Assembly: GCA_951406725.2 (NCBI GenBank)
Contig: OX597822.1
Span: 114,700,001-114,764,000, forward strand
DNA length: 64,000 nucleotides
Origin: Octopus vulgaris
Taxonomy: Eukaryota
Direction of reading: 5' to 3'
The notes under the pieces: generated by a model
The model's input: the letters and a program-made list of their open reading frames with translations, nothing else
Told to the model about the DNA's origin: nothing
Database searches by the model: none
Part shown: piece after piece, positions 45,455-60,539 of the stretch
Layout: each line of letters starts with the position of its first letter
How positions within the stretch are numbered: the stretch's first letter is position 1
Translations under genes and position numbers: made by a program

Positions 45455-45785
45455 TTCCTTCAATTTGGCTGCAACCATTTTCTCTACGTCTGTTCCCAGG
45501 AAGAACAATAGTTAAGGTGAGCTTAAAGAACTCATTCAGTTAGCTGTGCCGGAGATAACTCCTGAAATACTTCAAAATATATTTTACAACACTAAGAATA
45601 AATTTGAAATTTGTCGGAAAACAAAAGGAGCGAATGTTGAAATTTTTCGATAAAACTTTGACGCTCGATTTATAGAGCGATTTGCTTTTGTATTAGGATT
45701 AAATAATAGGCATAAAATTCTGTCGATATTTTTATAATTGCCTGATTTCATTGAAATAGATAGTTAATACTAGGACACCCTGAGT
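45455..45785 (+). mobile_element. Tc1/mariner 3' remnant
   Basis: Homologous to 25160-25465; ends GGACACCCTG..TA. Confidence 0.6.
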
Positions 45786-45842
45786 ATATGTGTGTCAGTA
45801 TATACACACACACACACACACACATATATATACATACATACA

Positions 45843-45877
<35 letters not shown>

Positions 45878-45878
45878 G

Positions 45879-45967
<89 letters not shown>

Positions 45968-46376
45968 TCTTTACTCTCTTTTACTCTTTTGCTCTTTTGC
46001 TCTTTTACTTGTTTCAGTCATTTGACTGTGGCCACGCTAGAGAACCGCCTTTAGTCGAGCAAATCGACCCCAGAACTTATTCTATCGGTCTTTTTTGCCG
46101 AACCGCTCGATTACGGCGACGTAAACACACCAGCATCAGTTGACAAGCGATGTTGGGGGAACAAACACAGACACACAAACACACACACACATATATATAT
46201 ATATACATATATACGAGGGGCTTCTTTCAGTTTCCGTCTACCAAATCCACTCACAAGGCTTTGGTCGGCCCGAGGCTATAGTAGAAGACACTTGCCCAAG
46301 GTGCCATGCAGTGGGTCTGAACCCGGAACCATGTGGTTGGTAATCAAGCTACTTACCATAGCCACTCCTACGCCTA
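45968..46376 (-). mobile_element. SINE family 1
   Basis: Reverse complement of the full-length family 1 sequence. Confidence 0.85.
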
Positions 46377-46377
46377 T

Positions 46378-46651
46378 ATATATACACAGAAAATTATAAG
46401 TTCAAAAGGGCCATGTTTTGGTAGTATATATATACACACAGAGAGATATACTTAGTATACAAAGAATTTAGGATGAACTGACCTGTTTCACCATTTTATC
46501 ATAAAAGACAGTCTTTTACGATAAAAAACAGACTTTTACGATAAAATGGTGAAACAGGTCAGTTGATCCAAAATTCTTTGTAAACTAAGTATATCTCTTT
46601 CTGTGTGTATATATATACTACAAAAATATGACCTTTTTGAACTTATAATCT

Positions 46652-46665
<14 letters not shown>
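46378..46665. repeat. Imperfect palindrome whose arms begin with the 3' half of an HHR
   Basis: Both arms read ...AAAAUGGU-GAAAC-AG-GUC-AGUU outward from the centre. Confidence 0.85.
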
Positions 46666-46683
<18 letters not shown>

Positions 46684-46985
46684 GATAGATATTTAGAAAC
46701 AAACATGATTTCTAATGAAATCCTAATAGGTTCTATGAACTTGTTAATAATTTCTCAAAAAATGTTTTTCTGTAAACAGTTTTTAACATTTTATTATTAT
46801 TATCAAAGAATGTATATATGTTTTGTAATTTTTTGTGCCCAATATTTTAATGAACTTTTTTGTATTTTCCCAAGATTTTTCGTTGTAAACTGTTTTTAAC
46901 ATGTTCTTGTTATTATCAAAGAATGTATATATGTATTGTAATATTTTGTGACAACCAGTACCTAACACAACCAAGCTTTTACATG

Positions 46986-47031
46986 TTACTTTTGACAATC
47001 TTTTTCTAAAAAAGTGAAACCGGTCAAGTGA
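46986..47031 (+). ncRNA. Type I hammerhead ribozyme, U3:A8 core (same family as 13040)
   Basis: UUACUU-UUGACAA-U[CUUUUU..AAAAAG]U-GAAA-CCGG-UC-AAGUGA. Confidence 0.7.
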
Positions 47032-47111
47032 ATAAACACCTTTAAAATTGCATTTTCAAACCTTCTTTCATATATATTTCCACTCGTGCGGTACCTTACA
47101 ACTTTACTTTG

Positions 47112-47171
<60 letters not shown>

Positions 47172-47224
47172 ATACACAACCGAAAGAGCTACTAAAATTT
47201 CATGCTATTATGATACTTGAACAG

Positions 47225-47864
47225 CAGTGGTGGCTCGTAGATAAAATTAGTGGGGGTGCTGCTTCGGTAAAAGAAAACAAACAGAAAAAAACAAAGAAAA
47301 ATTATGCACAAACTTGATCGGTTCGTGTTTTAGCCACTGCCGTTTAGTGTATGTGATTTGTCCAATGAACACCGACGCGAATTCCCCCTTGTTTTTCAAA
47401 AATCCCTCCTAAATCACAAAATAAGGTGGGGAAATGTGCACTATTTTGCAAATTCTGATAGCAACACTGAAGCTGGAAACAGATTAATAATCTAATTCTA
47501 CACTTTATCACATTCAAGAATATAAACACGTTTTGAAGCACAACACACTCGGAGTCCAAAAGAAACATTACCTTTCACCCGGCACTGTCGTTTACGCAGT
47601 GCTCTCTCTCCCTTGTGTGAAGCTTCCTATCTTGGAGAAATGAGCATGCGCACAACAGCCAAGCACCGTGTGCTGGAACTGTGAGGCGCACAGTTCTATA
47701 CAAGGATTTTTGTATTTTGTTCATAAACTAGGAGATGGCTACTGACGTTAAGCTTAAGGATTATAGAAAGTACAAGTATAAAGAAAGAATTAAAGATATC
47801 AATAATATCGAATGGAAATAGGAGGTGCTGCAGTTCTGGAGCCCCTATAAATGAGCCGCCACTG
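47225..47864. mobile_element. hAT-type MITE with 8-bp TSD
   Basis: TIRs CAGTGGTGGCTCGT / ATGAGCCGCCACTG; flanks TTGAACAG and TTGAATAG (7/8 match). Confidence 0.8.
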
Positions 47865-47977
47865 TTGAATAGGCATATTTATAAAATACGCCATGTATGT
47901 ATGTATGTATGTATGTATGTATGTATGTATGTATGTATGTATGTATGTATGTATGTATGTATGTATGTATGTATGTG

Positions 47978-48176
47978 TATTTTTAATGGTCACTAATTGT
48001 GACTGAAGGCTCTAAATAACATTTATATTACAAGAAATTAGTTAAAATCCTTAATATTGTATAAAGCGTACAACATATATATATAATGCTTCATACAGCA
48101 TTAAGGGTTTTAACACTTATTTCTTGCAATATAGATGCCATTCAGCACCCTCACTCACAATTAGTAACGATTAAAT
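47978..48176. repeat. Old diverged palindrome
   Basis: ACTAATTGTGA..TATTACAAGAAAT..TTAAAATCCTTAAT versus the reverse complement of 48085-48176. Confidence 0.75.
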
Positions 48177-48309
48177 TTTTCTTTTATGGTCTTATATCGC
48201 GTCAAGCAGTTGATATTAGTCTTTATATATATGTATATATAGGTGCATATATATGTTTATAACTATATATATATATGTGTGTGTGTATGTGTGTGTGCGT
48301 GCGTGTATC

Positions 48310-48514
48310 TCTCTTTACTCTCTTACTTGTTCCAGTCATTTGACTGTGGCCATGCTGGAGCACCGTCTTTAGTCGAGCAACTCAACCCCAGGATTTATTC
48401 TTTGTAAGTCTAGTACTTATTCTATCAGTGTATTTTGCCGAACCGCTAAGTTATGGGGACGTAAGCACAGCAGCATCTGTTGTCAAGTGATGCTGGGGGT
48501 TGAACACAGACACA

Positions 48515-48595
<81 letters not shown>

Positions 48596-49002
48596 GCATA
48601 TATACAACGGGCTTCTTTCAGTTTCCGTCTACCAAATCCACTCACAAGGCTTTGGTTGGCCCAAGGCTATAGTAGAAGACAATTACCTAAGGTACCACGC
48701 AATGGGACTGAACCCGGAACCATGTAGTTTGTAAGCAAGCTACTTACCACACAGCCACTCCTACGCCTACATATAAATATATATTTTGTTAATTCACCTG
48801 TTTCAGTCATTAGACATTGCAACCATGCTGGAGTGCCACCTTGAAGGATTTTAGTCGAATGACTCAATCCCAGTACTTGTTTCTTTAAAGCCTGGTACTC
48901 GTTCTCTTGGTTTCCTTTGCCGAACCTCCAAGTTACTGGGATATGAACACACCAACACTAATTGTGAAGCGGTGACGAAGGACACAGACACACACAAGCA
49001 CA

Positions 49003-49064
<62 letters not shown>

Positions 49065-49200
49065 TGACGGACTTTGTGCAGTTTCCGTCTACCACATCCA
49101 CTCGCAGGGCCATGGTAGGCCTGAGGCTATAGTCCCCAAAGTTTCATGCAGTGGAACTGAACTCATGAGCATATAGTTGGGAATCACCACATAGACACAC
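48310..49200 (-). mobile_element. Two tandem SINE family 1 copies
   Basis: 48310-48770 and 48795-49200. Confidence 0.8.
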
Positions 49201-50349
49201 CTATACGATTATCAATGTATGTATGTATGTATGTATGTATGTATGTATGTATGTATGTATGTATGTATGTATGTATGTATGTATGTATGTATGCATGTAT
49301 GTATATATGTATGTATGTATGTATGTAAGTATGTATGTATGTAAGTATGTATGTATGTAATGGAAACAAACAGAAATAGCAGTTAGATGGATACATTTAT
49401 AGAATGAAAAGCTTTTCAAATAATGAGCACTCTATTGATGAAAGTAATTTTTAATCCACCATCAACGATATGTGTGTGTGGGTGTGTGTGTGTGTACACA
49501 CGCATTTATTGCGGGTTCTTTTAGTGCTGTAATACATTTCCCACGAACCAGTTTTGATATCCGGTCGGAAACTATTCTCTGATGTCACAAATTGCCCTTG
49601 TAATAATTGTAGTGTTTTGTTGCCATTATTCAATAAATCTGTAACATCACGCACATACGTGAAACATAATGGATCCGTTTAGGCTTGATACAACGAACTA
49701 CGCGTGGCTGAATGAGGCAAGTATGCCACGCTTATTGCTTGCCAATATTTCAGTTTAGGACGATGAATTAGAAAATCGCAAGAAGTGTATTTAGATATCC
49801 CGCTTTGTGCCCTGAGTTCAAATTCCTCCAAGGTCAACTTTACAGTTCATCGTGTCCCTGTATCGAGAGTGTAAAGTATTGGGTTAGAAATAATTAACTG
49901 TACACACACACACACACACACATACAATTTTTCCTAGAGTTTAATTTAAGCGCTTCTTGAGAGAGTTCAAGGCAGTCGCAAACAAGCAACAAAATTTCTT
50001 GCGTTAAGAGAGTTTCCGGTGTTTGTAAATATTTGGATCAGTTGGCGTGTTGGTTGAACTTTCGATGCATACACCCTAATGTGTGCATCTATTCACATAA
50101 GAATCTCACCAGAAGAATTTTTGGAATATCTCAGATCTTCACTGTGCCACTAATAGATTACATTCGGAGAATCAGCGCTCGTTTCTTCGCTCTTTTCCCG
50201 TGGAAAATAGAGTTTCTAGGGTTTTTATGCAAATTTGTTGGTACATAACCTATGTATGTATGTATGTATGTATGTATGTATGTATGTATGTATGTATGTA
50301 TGTATGTATGTATGTATGTGTCTCTTCTATTTTTTAATTATTATAAATC

Positions 50350-50960
50350 TTCCATGGAAGAGGGAGCCGGTTTCCAACAAAGATTCAAGGCTCTATCTTT
50401 GGGACGTAGTTAACACGGACAAATTCACAATTGGAACTTGAGAAAAGTCTTGCATATTTGTACTGTTCCACTCACAGATTGCACTTGTACGAATTAGTCG
50501 GTCAATTTCTCTTTCTGAAAATCCCAGTTTACCCTTTAAGCATTTACTAACGAAACCTAGTGCTCCAATTATTATCGGTATAAATATGAATTCATAGTCT
50601 GGATATAGAAGCTGCAGGTATCCATGCAGTTGTCCGTAGATATCCTGTTTTTCTTTGATTTTCAAAGAGATATTTATATCTGCAGGGCAGCTAACCTCTA
50701 TGATGGTACATACCTTTACCCCTCTGACCCAAACAACAATAGCCGGCTTGTTATGTTTATATTGGACAAAAGTTTTGATGGGAATATTCCATCAGTATTC
50801 CTCGAGTTAGTGTTTATGAATGTATTCCATAAGAGAGGGGTTTTCTAAGTTTATTTCAGGACAGTCTTTTTTGTGGATGGCATTGTAAATTGTTTTAGCA
50901 AGAACATTGTGCCGCATACAGAGGTAGTATCGTGACGACATTTTAGGACAGCTTTTAATC
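50350..50960 (-). mobile_element. RLE-type LINE 3' end
   Basis: LPLYAAQCSC; NIPIKT..KHNKP; EKQDIYGQLHGYLQLLYPDYEFIFIPIIIGALGFV. Confidence 0.75.
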
Positions 50961-51360
50961 ACATGCGTGATGTATGTATGTATGTATGTATGTATGTATG
51001 TATGTATGTATGTATGTATGTATGTATGTATGCATGCATATCCCGGTTTAAACTTTCGAAGAAATATTTAATTAGGATCAACTGCTACTTATTTTATCGA
51101 CCTCGAAAAGATGAAAGACAAAGTCCGTCGAGGTCGACTTTGACTTACATCCTTTCAGGGTCGATCACTGGGGTTGCTGTAATTGTCTTACTAACTGTCC
51201 CGAAACCGCTAGTCCCGTGCGAAAATTTGAAACCAATATTTGATTAACATAGTCATCTGTGTATCATGCTTAATGTATACACACTATCATCAGTCCATTT
51301 ACTGCAGAATTTGTCCCGAGGTAACATCCCTTACGAACTTGCCGTGCTAAAGACACAGCA

Positions 51361-51472
<112 letters not shown>

Positions 51473-51800
51473 TGAGAGCGAGAGAGCGATGAAGATTCGT
51501 CCAGAGCGGCAATTCGCAACATCATTGACTTTTCGACTTCCTTTTCTTTCTGTATCAGTGACGACCAGTTCTTATGTGAGAATGTAGCTGGCAGCAAAAT
51601 GGCCAGAATGCATCCAGCTCTCTCACTGACTGCTGCTGGGATGTTTCTCGTTGACTTTGTATGTTGAACAAAGTAAATTTATAAGACAGATTGATAAATA
51701 CTGTAGTAACAACTTATTGGCCTATCGGCAATGTGTACAATTGATACAGTGATACAGGGATGAATATATATATATATATTCACACACACACACAGAGACA

Positions 51801-51855
<55 letters not shown>

Positions 51856-52508
51856 GCGGAGTTATGGCTGTGTGATAGGAAGCCTACTTTTCAACCTCAT
51901 GGTTCCGAGTTCAGTCCTACTGCGTGGCACCTTGGGCAAGTGTCTTCTACAATAGCCTCGAACTGACCAAATTTTTGTGAGTGGATTCTTGTGTGTGGTT
52001 GACTCGAGCGAAAGGATTAGAGACAAACACTTACTTCTCTGGCCAATCGCTCATCAACTTTTTCAAGTAGCACTTGAAAAGGAAGGTGAGAATGGAGAGG
52101 CAGGTTTTGTCTCGTGAAAGTTTCAAAAAAAGGTGGGTGAATGTAGCAAAGATGGTGCTTGCGAGTGACCAAACCACTTTGAGCATGATCATGTAAATCG
52201 TAAAAGAGAGAGGGAGAGAGAGCACTTTGCTCTCATGTGTTTATTTTCTCCCTGCCTGAGGTTACCGTGGTCTTTTCTCTAGGCTTTTCTTTCCACGGAT
52301 GTACCTAATCTTGTTTGTTACTTAAAAAAAAGAAATTCTTCCTGTGATACACGATCCCTTTTGATCGCTTTTTTCCCCCGATCCCTTTTGATCGAAATTT
52401 TACATTTGTTTCCTTTTTTTTCTTTTCCTTTTTCCATCTTCGAAAAGAAAAGCTCTACATTTGTATTTGTTCCCTCTGTGTTCAGCCCTGTGTGGCCAAT
52501 AAAGAAAG

Positions 52509-52663
<155 letters not shown>

Positions 52664-52726
52664 GGTCCCGGGTTGAGTCGGGATTGACCACAGTAAATAA
52701 GGTACTCAATACATAGCACAGTAAAT

Positions 52727-52853
52727 TAATTTATTTTATAGAAGGAGCTTCTACAGGACTAGAACTGTTTCATTCAAATGAAATAATTCCTGATGATTTC
52801 ATTTGAATGAAACTGTTCTAGTCCTGTAGAAGCTCCTTCTCTAAAATAAATAA
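52727..52853. repeat. Palindrome centred on an HHR-like core
   Basis: Arms GAAGGAGCTTCTACAGGACTAGAAC.GTTTCATTCAAATGAAAT; the centre contains CTGATGA followed by U[UUCA..UGAA]U-GAAAC. Confidence 0.85.
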
Positions 52854-52919
52854 ATATATATATATATATATATACATATATAAATACACACACATATATA
52901 TATATACATATGTATATAT

Positions 52920-53300
52920 GAGTGGCTGTGTGGTAAGTAGCTTGCTTACGAACCACATGGTTCTGGGTTCAGCCCCACTTCGGGGCACCTTGGGCGTCTT
53001 CTACTATAGCCTTGGGCCAACCAAAGCCTTGTGAGTGGATTTGGTAGACGGAAACTGAAAGAAGCCCGTCGTATATATGTTTATATATATATATGTATGA
53101 GCGTGTATATGTTTGTGTGTCTGTGTTTGTCCCCCCAACATCGCTTGACAACCGATGCTGCTGTGTATACGTTCCCGTAACTTAGCGGTTTGGCAAAAGA
53201 GACCGATAGACTAGGCTTACAAAGAATAAGTCGACTAAAGGCGGTGCTCCATCATGGCCACAGTCAAATGACTGAAACAGGTAAAAGAGTAAAAGAGAAA
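52920..53300 (+). mobile_element. SINE family 1
   Basis: GTGGCTGTGTGGTAAGTAGCTTGC..GGTTCAGCCCC. Confidence 0.85.
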
Positions 53301-54789
53301 AGATATATACAGGACGTCACCAACATCAAACAACATGAAATACGAAAACAAATGAGTTAAATAGGCAAATAACGAGAGAAAAAAGGGAGAAGTAATAGAA
53401 GTCATCAGTTGTCGGCTGTCTGTCTACTCCCTATTTCGAGCAATCAACGAGAATATGAGACTTCGAAGACAGTTACTCCCATAAATTCCAAAATAAAATT
53501 TTTTATTTATGGAGGATCAAAGTTAGGAACAAAAACAGGACAGCGGAGACGTACAAGGAAACCGAACGAAAACAAACATGGGGGTCGTTTGACTTGAAGA
53601 AGGGGAAAATAGTGAACGGTGAGAAATATACACACACATGTAAACAGACATACATACATACACACACACACACACGCACGCATGCGCGCGCACACACACA
53701 CATATATATGATGGATTCTCTCGTTATGTATGAGAAATGAGAGTTCGGTGAAATAAAGCGGTAATCATGTTCTTTAGACACGAATGTGTCTCTTGGTGTC
53801 TGCTGGTTCATTGCAATCGTTTTGGCAAATGGAGCAATCTAAGCAGTTAGTTTGCTCGAGTGCTTGTGGACCATTTACTATGGACCATTTACATTTGCTT
53901 CCTGTCACAAAACTACAATGAGAGGTAAGGTTTCCATTTAGAGGAGCAGCGTTTCGCCTGCGTACCTTCAAATATATATCTATATTTAAAACTGGATGAG
54001 GTTTTAGAACCTCACATGTGGATTTGTGGTGCGTATAAGCATTCTTGTTTGTATCGCTAGCGGGAGATAATTAACTGCCGTTGCCGCCGCCGGGGCTACT
54101 AGCCCACGTAATTTCGGCATTCTTTCGCTTTGTCAATGGTAGACGCCCAAAAGCTGGAAATAGAAGCGATTACCCTGCTAGCAATATATATAGAATTGCA
54201 CTACATAATCAGACCCTGGTGTTGCAAATAGCCATTGGGCTTATTAAAAAATAATTAGCAGCGACTGAAACAGTATTAAAAGCAAAAGGTAATATTTATC
54301 ACCACTCAATAATGGATGTTATATTGGAATAAAGAATACTTCGAATGTTAGCATGTAAAATGCGCTAGTGGTACATATAAGCACCCTTTTCTCTCTCTGT
54401 CTATCTCTCTCCCTATATATATATATTTTAGAATAACACCTACGCAAATTATATAAGCAAAACATTCAAAAGAAATATTTTCATGAATTGAACAGCGACT
54501 GCTACCATCCACTGTGGGTCATTTGCTGACCATTCAAAATACTACTGTCATGGCACTCCCACATTCTTCTTCTCCATCTCCTTCTCCTTCTCCTCCTCCT
54601 CCTCCTCCTCCTTCTTCTTCTTCTTCTTCCCTACCAAGAATTCACAACGCCCTCGAACCCACAAGAGTAAACAAGAGAGACAGAGACAGGCAGAAAAAAG
54701 GAAAATGCCACTTATATTTGAACATTATACAAATATTCTTTTAAAAAAACTTTTCTTTTAATTTTCCTAAATTAATTGTTTAATTGTTA

Positions 54790-54825
54790 CAGTTGAAAAA
54801 GTATCAATGACTGAAACCGGTACTG
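54790..54825 (+). ncRNA. Type I hammerhead ribozyme, U3:A8 core (copy of the 29075 family)
   Basis: CAG-UUGAAAA-AGUA-UCAAU-GACU-GAAA-CCGG-UA-CUG (one stem II mismatch). Confidence 0.65.
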
Positions 54826-54873
54826 AAATGTTTTTTATAAAATTATTTTTGCATTTGCTATCTTGATTTTTTC

Positions 54874-54920
<47 letters not shown>

Positions 54921-55589
54921 GCACACATACATATATACATGAACATACATACACATATATGTAAGTACGCATGTGCGTATAACATCCATAATCGTACCTT
55001 GACAAATTCCTCCAAGACATACCAGACAAATCACTAACACTTGGATATATCTTGACAAACAGTTCTCTACTTTATTAGGTTATAATGTGCTAAAGCGTAA
55101 GTCAAAAGACTACTCCAGGGTGTGCTATTAAGTCAGATAGGGCCTGAACCAATAACTGTCAAAGTTTTATTTCTAACTTGTATAAGCTGAGGTCTTTGGA
55201 TGAGTGAATTGTTTAAGGAGTCCATTTGTGCGTATGTGTTAAGTTTGCGCTTATATAATGGATCTACGTATCATTTTAATATACAACTGTGCGCACTTCA
55301 TTACTATTTAAGTATATTTGTGTTCCTCTGGTGTGTCTATGCACACAATCACATGTTTACATTCATAAGTGTATATGTTCAGTTTAGGAATTTTTAATGA
55401 AGAATCCCTGCAGTATTTTATTTGAAGAATGGGAATCAGTTAATTTTTTTTTTCTCGGGTCGACTGTTCCGCTCAAATGTAACTTTCAAGGAGACATTCA
55501 ATAATATATCGCAATTCTTACAGTAAAATCATGAAAATATAAAAGTAATGTTGGTGACGTCCATGTCAAATTTAATTTAAAAGAAATGT

Positions 55590-55774
55590 GAAGGCGTGGT
55601 TGTGAGGTAAGAAACTTGCCTCATAACCACAGGGTTCTGGGTTCAGTACCACTGAGTGGCACCTTGGGCAAGTGTCTTCTACTATAGCCTCGGACTGACC
55701 AAAGCCTTGGGTGTGCATTTAGTAGGAGGAATCTGAAAACCCGTTGTATATATGTATATATATATGCTGCTACG

Positions 55775-55806
<32 letters not shown>

Positions 55807-56052
55807 ACATGTATGTGTATGACTGTCTTTGTGTGTGTTTGTGTGTGTCTTTGTATCTGTGTATATCTCCCACCAACGCTTGACAACCCGTGTTGGTATG
55901 TTCACGTCCTCGTAACTCAGCAGTTCGGCAAAAAGGTGCAATAGAATAAGCACCAGGTTTTAAAAAGCACTGGGGTCGATTCTTTTCACTAAAACTTTTT
56001 CAAGGAGGTGCCCCAGCATGGTCGCAGTCTAATGACTGAAATAAGTAGAAGA
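55590..56052 (+). mobile_element. SINE family 1
   Basis: Head and tail motifs as in other copies. Confidence 0.8.
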
Positions 56053-56450
56053 TACAAAAAAGGTATCAGATGGCGAATAATAATAATATATAGTTTTGTG
56101 AATATTTGTTTGAAGACATACATACACAGGTAAATATAAGAGAAACTAAAGAGAGGTAATTGCATAATAGGTTTTAGGGGAGGAGGGAGGTTCGATTTCT
56201 GAAAACATCATAAATATAAAATCCCCTACAGTTAGCCTCTTTGTCTGTCATTGATGGAGCTATAAAACAATCGATATCTCATCTTTTGCAGTTAGTAAAG
56301 TAACCCAAGCTATAACAATATCAGCCTGCTTTCCATTGATATTCTGTTATTAGAAACATCTATGCAAGATGTTTTCTCGAAACGAATACCGCTGTTTTTT
56401 GGCTTTCTACATTATATCCAAGTTAAATAAAATAATAAGAAAGCTATTTT

Positions 56451-56490
<40 letters not shown>

Positions 56491-57083
56491 CATGTGCATG
56501 CATATGTAGATTTAATGATGTAATCTAGAATACATGTGGGAATACAGAATATACATGCAAAGCACATTAAGAAATTCGTATATCATTATCAAAATGTTTA
56601 TTTTAATATTAATACGGGTGCTGCTTAGTGTAATTTGAATGTATTCCTACATATATATTACATTATAATTATCAGAGTCCTGGCTTTGTTTGTAACGGAC
56701 TCTGTAGTGACTATATTAGACAAACGCACACACACTTTCTCTCAGCGACACATTCTGCACAATTGTCTCTAGTTTGTTGCTATTTTTTTCCTTCTGCAGA
56801 AAAGACGTCACTGTTTTAAATCCTACAAAACGTCGTATGGCATTTTGCTTGTCTTAGTCTTCGCTAAAATCTTCGTTTAAATTTGTATATCTTCTATGTT
56901 TCTGCTAAAGCAAAAACGTGGTAGGAGTGTGTCGACAATTCTGCTTATGAGTGCACCGAAGTTGCCTTGGCCGTCAGTTACAAGCTGATGAAAATGTGTG
57001 GTGACCTGGTTTTGTATTTTGTTCTATGGGTTTTTCCTTTCCTCATATCGGAACTTTAAAATTTTCTCACACCTCCGTATATA

Positions 57084-57162
<79 letters not shown>

Positions 57163-58031
57163 AAACATATGCATATATATAAACATATATGTACGTACCT
57201 ACCTCTACATGTACATATACACGCATATATGAGTACAGGACACCAAAAGGACGTCGAACACAAAGAGAAACGAAAACAAGACACAAACCAAAGGAACTGG
57301 ACATTTTTTTCAAAAACAACAAAAAATGGAGTACAGGACAATTAACACAAGGAAAAAAACCCTTCTTCAGTCGCTATGGTTTCATCTACTCTACTTTTCG
57401 AAGGATAAAAGCAAGACGTATCTTCGACAAGAAACTTTCCTTCCTGCGAAAAGCAAATCAATTAAAATTCTGAAATCTTTTCGCAGAGGGGTAAAAAATG
57501 GTAAAAAAATGGTAAAAAAACAGGACAGTAACGACAGTACAAAAATATAAACAGTAAAAGACAGGACAGGGAAAAACAAGATAAGAAGGGCTGTTGACGC
57601 CGAACGAAAAAAGTATTGCAAACGCAGAACTTTTTGTGAACGACAGGGGAGCAGGAAGAATGTCGTCCAGTTACCTTGAAAGGCCAGGCCAGAAAGACAG
57701 TCAGAGCGGAAGTATCGTCGCGGGTGGACGACGGGAAGGGGGGAGGAGGAGCAAGAGGAAGGGAGAGAAGAAGGGGAATGGCTGCGAGGAAACCATGAAG
57801 AATGGTGAGGGGGAGAGAGAGAGTGAAGAATGAGAGAGAGAGGAAGAGACAAGTTAAGTAGAGGAAAAAGAAAATCAAAGAATAGGGATGGGACAATGGA
57901 ATTGTTACTATGAAGCACTGTATAGATTATATTGTATAAAAGATCGTAGGTAAGGCCAGAACAATGCGGCGAAGTAAATGCAATGCGAATCACAAGAAAA
58001 CAAATATATGAATTAATGTAGACTTGCTTTG

Positions 58032-58125
58032 CATTCAATATTTCGGGGTTATGACCCCATCCTTTGGAAATTAACGAATTCGTTAATTTCCAGAGGATGG
58101 GGTCATAACCCCAAAGTATTGAATG
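58032..58125. ncRNA. Palindrome made of two head-to-head degenerate HHRs
   Basis: Centre GAATTC (58076-58081); arm consensus UUC-CAGAGGA-U-GGGG-UCAUAA-CCCC-GAAA-UA-UU-GAA. Confidence 0.55.
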
Positions 58126-58193
58126 TGTGTGTGTATGCGTGTGTGTGTGTGTGTGCATACATACATACATACATACATACATACATACATACA

Positions 58194-58225
<32 letters not shown>

Positions 58226-58299
58226 ATTACACATACATGCTCATATATAGGTAATTTTATAAGAGTGCTTTCTGCATGAAGAACACAATTACACGTAGA

Positions 58300-59270
58300 C
58301 TACTGTATTTATCCGAGAAAATGAAATGTTTAGTGGACTGAGCATAGCACCATTAACAAATGACCACAGTATTCTGATTAATAACAGTAAGACTAAATTT
58401 TTATAATCTATAAGTGCTGCAGAGATGATGGTTCGTAGCTCCGGGGATTTAATCCAGAGGAGCATAGTCATCAATGATATATTCAGATCTGAGTTTGCAG
58501 GTGGCTAGCAGAATTCCGATGTTGAAAAAGAGATCGTCGAGTCAGAAGTTCAGAGTGATTTACACCTTCCTTTCTAATCTTAAGAGTGTAGTGAAATATA
58601 AAAAACCACAACGAATCTTTTACCTATTCCCTGTTTTCAAATGGAATCACTGAGATACTCTGCTCTAACAAAAATCTCCAGCCATCATCCCTTTCTGGGA
58701 TTAATAGAGGTGATTTATGAATTTAACTCCCTGAGAACATTTCGCAAAACTTCCCAGTTTGCAAGAGAGAACAGTCGAAAGATCCACAAATACACTGTTG
58801 TTCATTACATTTCTCCTGAATCCTGTTGATGCGCTTCTGTCTTCTAAAAAAGCTCTACAGTTACTGTGCTGTACCCTCCTCTGAGAACAAAAGGACCTGT
58901 TCCGTTTTTGTTGCTGGTGACAATGTTAGCAACATTCCATTGTTGAACAATAAATTCGAATGATGTACTGATGAAGCAGTCTTGTCCACGGGTGACCACC
59001 TTCCTTTAATATCTTTGCTGGAATGCTGCTAACGTTACACAGTCTAAACCATGTAAAGTTTCCCACACTCTGGACGTCCATGGTACATCTTCCATTTACA
59101 ATCGATTTGTTTATTCCAGAACAAATAATGCTCCTATTGACTGGCTCCTGATGTTTGAAGATAAAGTGTTAAGGCTTACGGTAAGCAAATTAGTTGCTCC
59201 GGTTTTCTCTATCTACTGCAATTGTTGAGTATATAAACTGATTCCGTACTTGTTTCTCTGAGGCTGCTTA
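58300..59270 (-). mobile_element. Decayed RTE LINE reverse transcriptase
   Basis: SIPAKILKEGGHPWTRLLHQYIIRI..QQWNVANIVT; RIQEKCNEQ..VFVDL. Confidence 0.7.
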
Positions 59271-59475
59271 AATTGAGAAGTGGAGATCGATGTAATCAAC
59301 TTATTCCTTCTCTAAAATTGCTGGTTTTATGCCAAAAAATGTAACGAATGTAATAACCAATCAATTACTGCTATAATTTCTAATATACCACCTTCAAAAT
59401 GGGGCGCTTCGCGAGTCTGAAGTTAGAAATGTTGATTTATTTTAATCAGTATTATTATTATTATTATTATTATTA

Positions 59476-59508
<33 letters not shown>

Positions 59509-59562
59509 GTAGTAGTAGTAGTAGTAGTAGTAGAAGTAGTAATAGTAGTAGTAGTAGTAGCG

Positions 59563-59630
<68 letters not shown>

Positions 59631-60386
59631 GGTGGTAGCAACAACAGCGGTACATCGCGATCGGCAACTACGGTTACTCATGCTACTTAAACATAGATCA
59701 ACCATGTTTGCTCAATCTTTTGTCATTTCACAAATTCAGAACCATCTACCCTTTATATAGCAATCGAGTGTATGATTTGAGGGCATTTTGATTGCTTTTT
59801 TCTAACAAGTTCCATCAGTGACAAAACGCAGACTCACTCTCTCATATGGTTCAGACAGGTGATCTGATGACGTTTGTACGTCATGCACCAACACATACCT
59901 GACAAGTGTTGCGCATAAAAGCAAAGAAAAAAAATATATAAATAAAAAAGAAAGGTATTAAAATAATCCCGAACAGATTTTTTTGTCTTTGTACAGAAAT
60001 GGCATGAGAGTTTCCCATGTCAGAGTACGAATATTGAAATTTTAATAGCTTGTTTCATTATTTCATATTTGCTTTTGTTTTGCCTAAAATCAAGCCAAGC
60101 TTATGATCAGACAGGCACATAATAACAACTATTTTAATGTTGTATTTGTCTTTCATATCTCAGTGTTTGATAATAGCATTCTTAGTTATGACGAGTCAAT
60201 CAGTTTATTGCCTTTGTTAAAGTAAAAGTTGAAGTTGGTGTGTGTACTTCGGTCGCCTTCATTCGCTGACGCTTACATCCTTCGGTGATATGCACTATTG
60301 AAAGTAATATCTGAATCTTCACATATCTATCTTATAGTTCCTCTCTTTTTTTTGCATGTCCGTTTCTCTGTATCCCCTTCTCTTTC

Positions 60387-60459
<73 letters not shown>

Positions 60460-60539
60460 TTAAATATATGCATATATCTGTGTGTGCATTTATGTAAGTA
60501 TAATATATGTATGTGCGTTTATAAAATTAGATTAGCCCC

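Noticed and set aside
57391-58218. 275-aa minus-strand ORF
   Set aside because: Low-complexity pyrimidine-rich repeat sequence starting in a microsatellite; no domain
59864-59885. CTGATGACG with a TGACGT/ACGTCA palindrome
   Set aside because: No downstream GAAA or stems; a CRE-like site cannot be supported without a nearby gene
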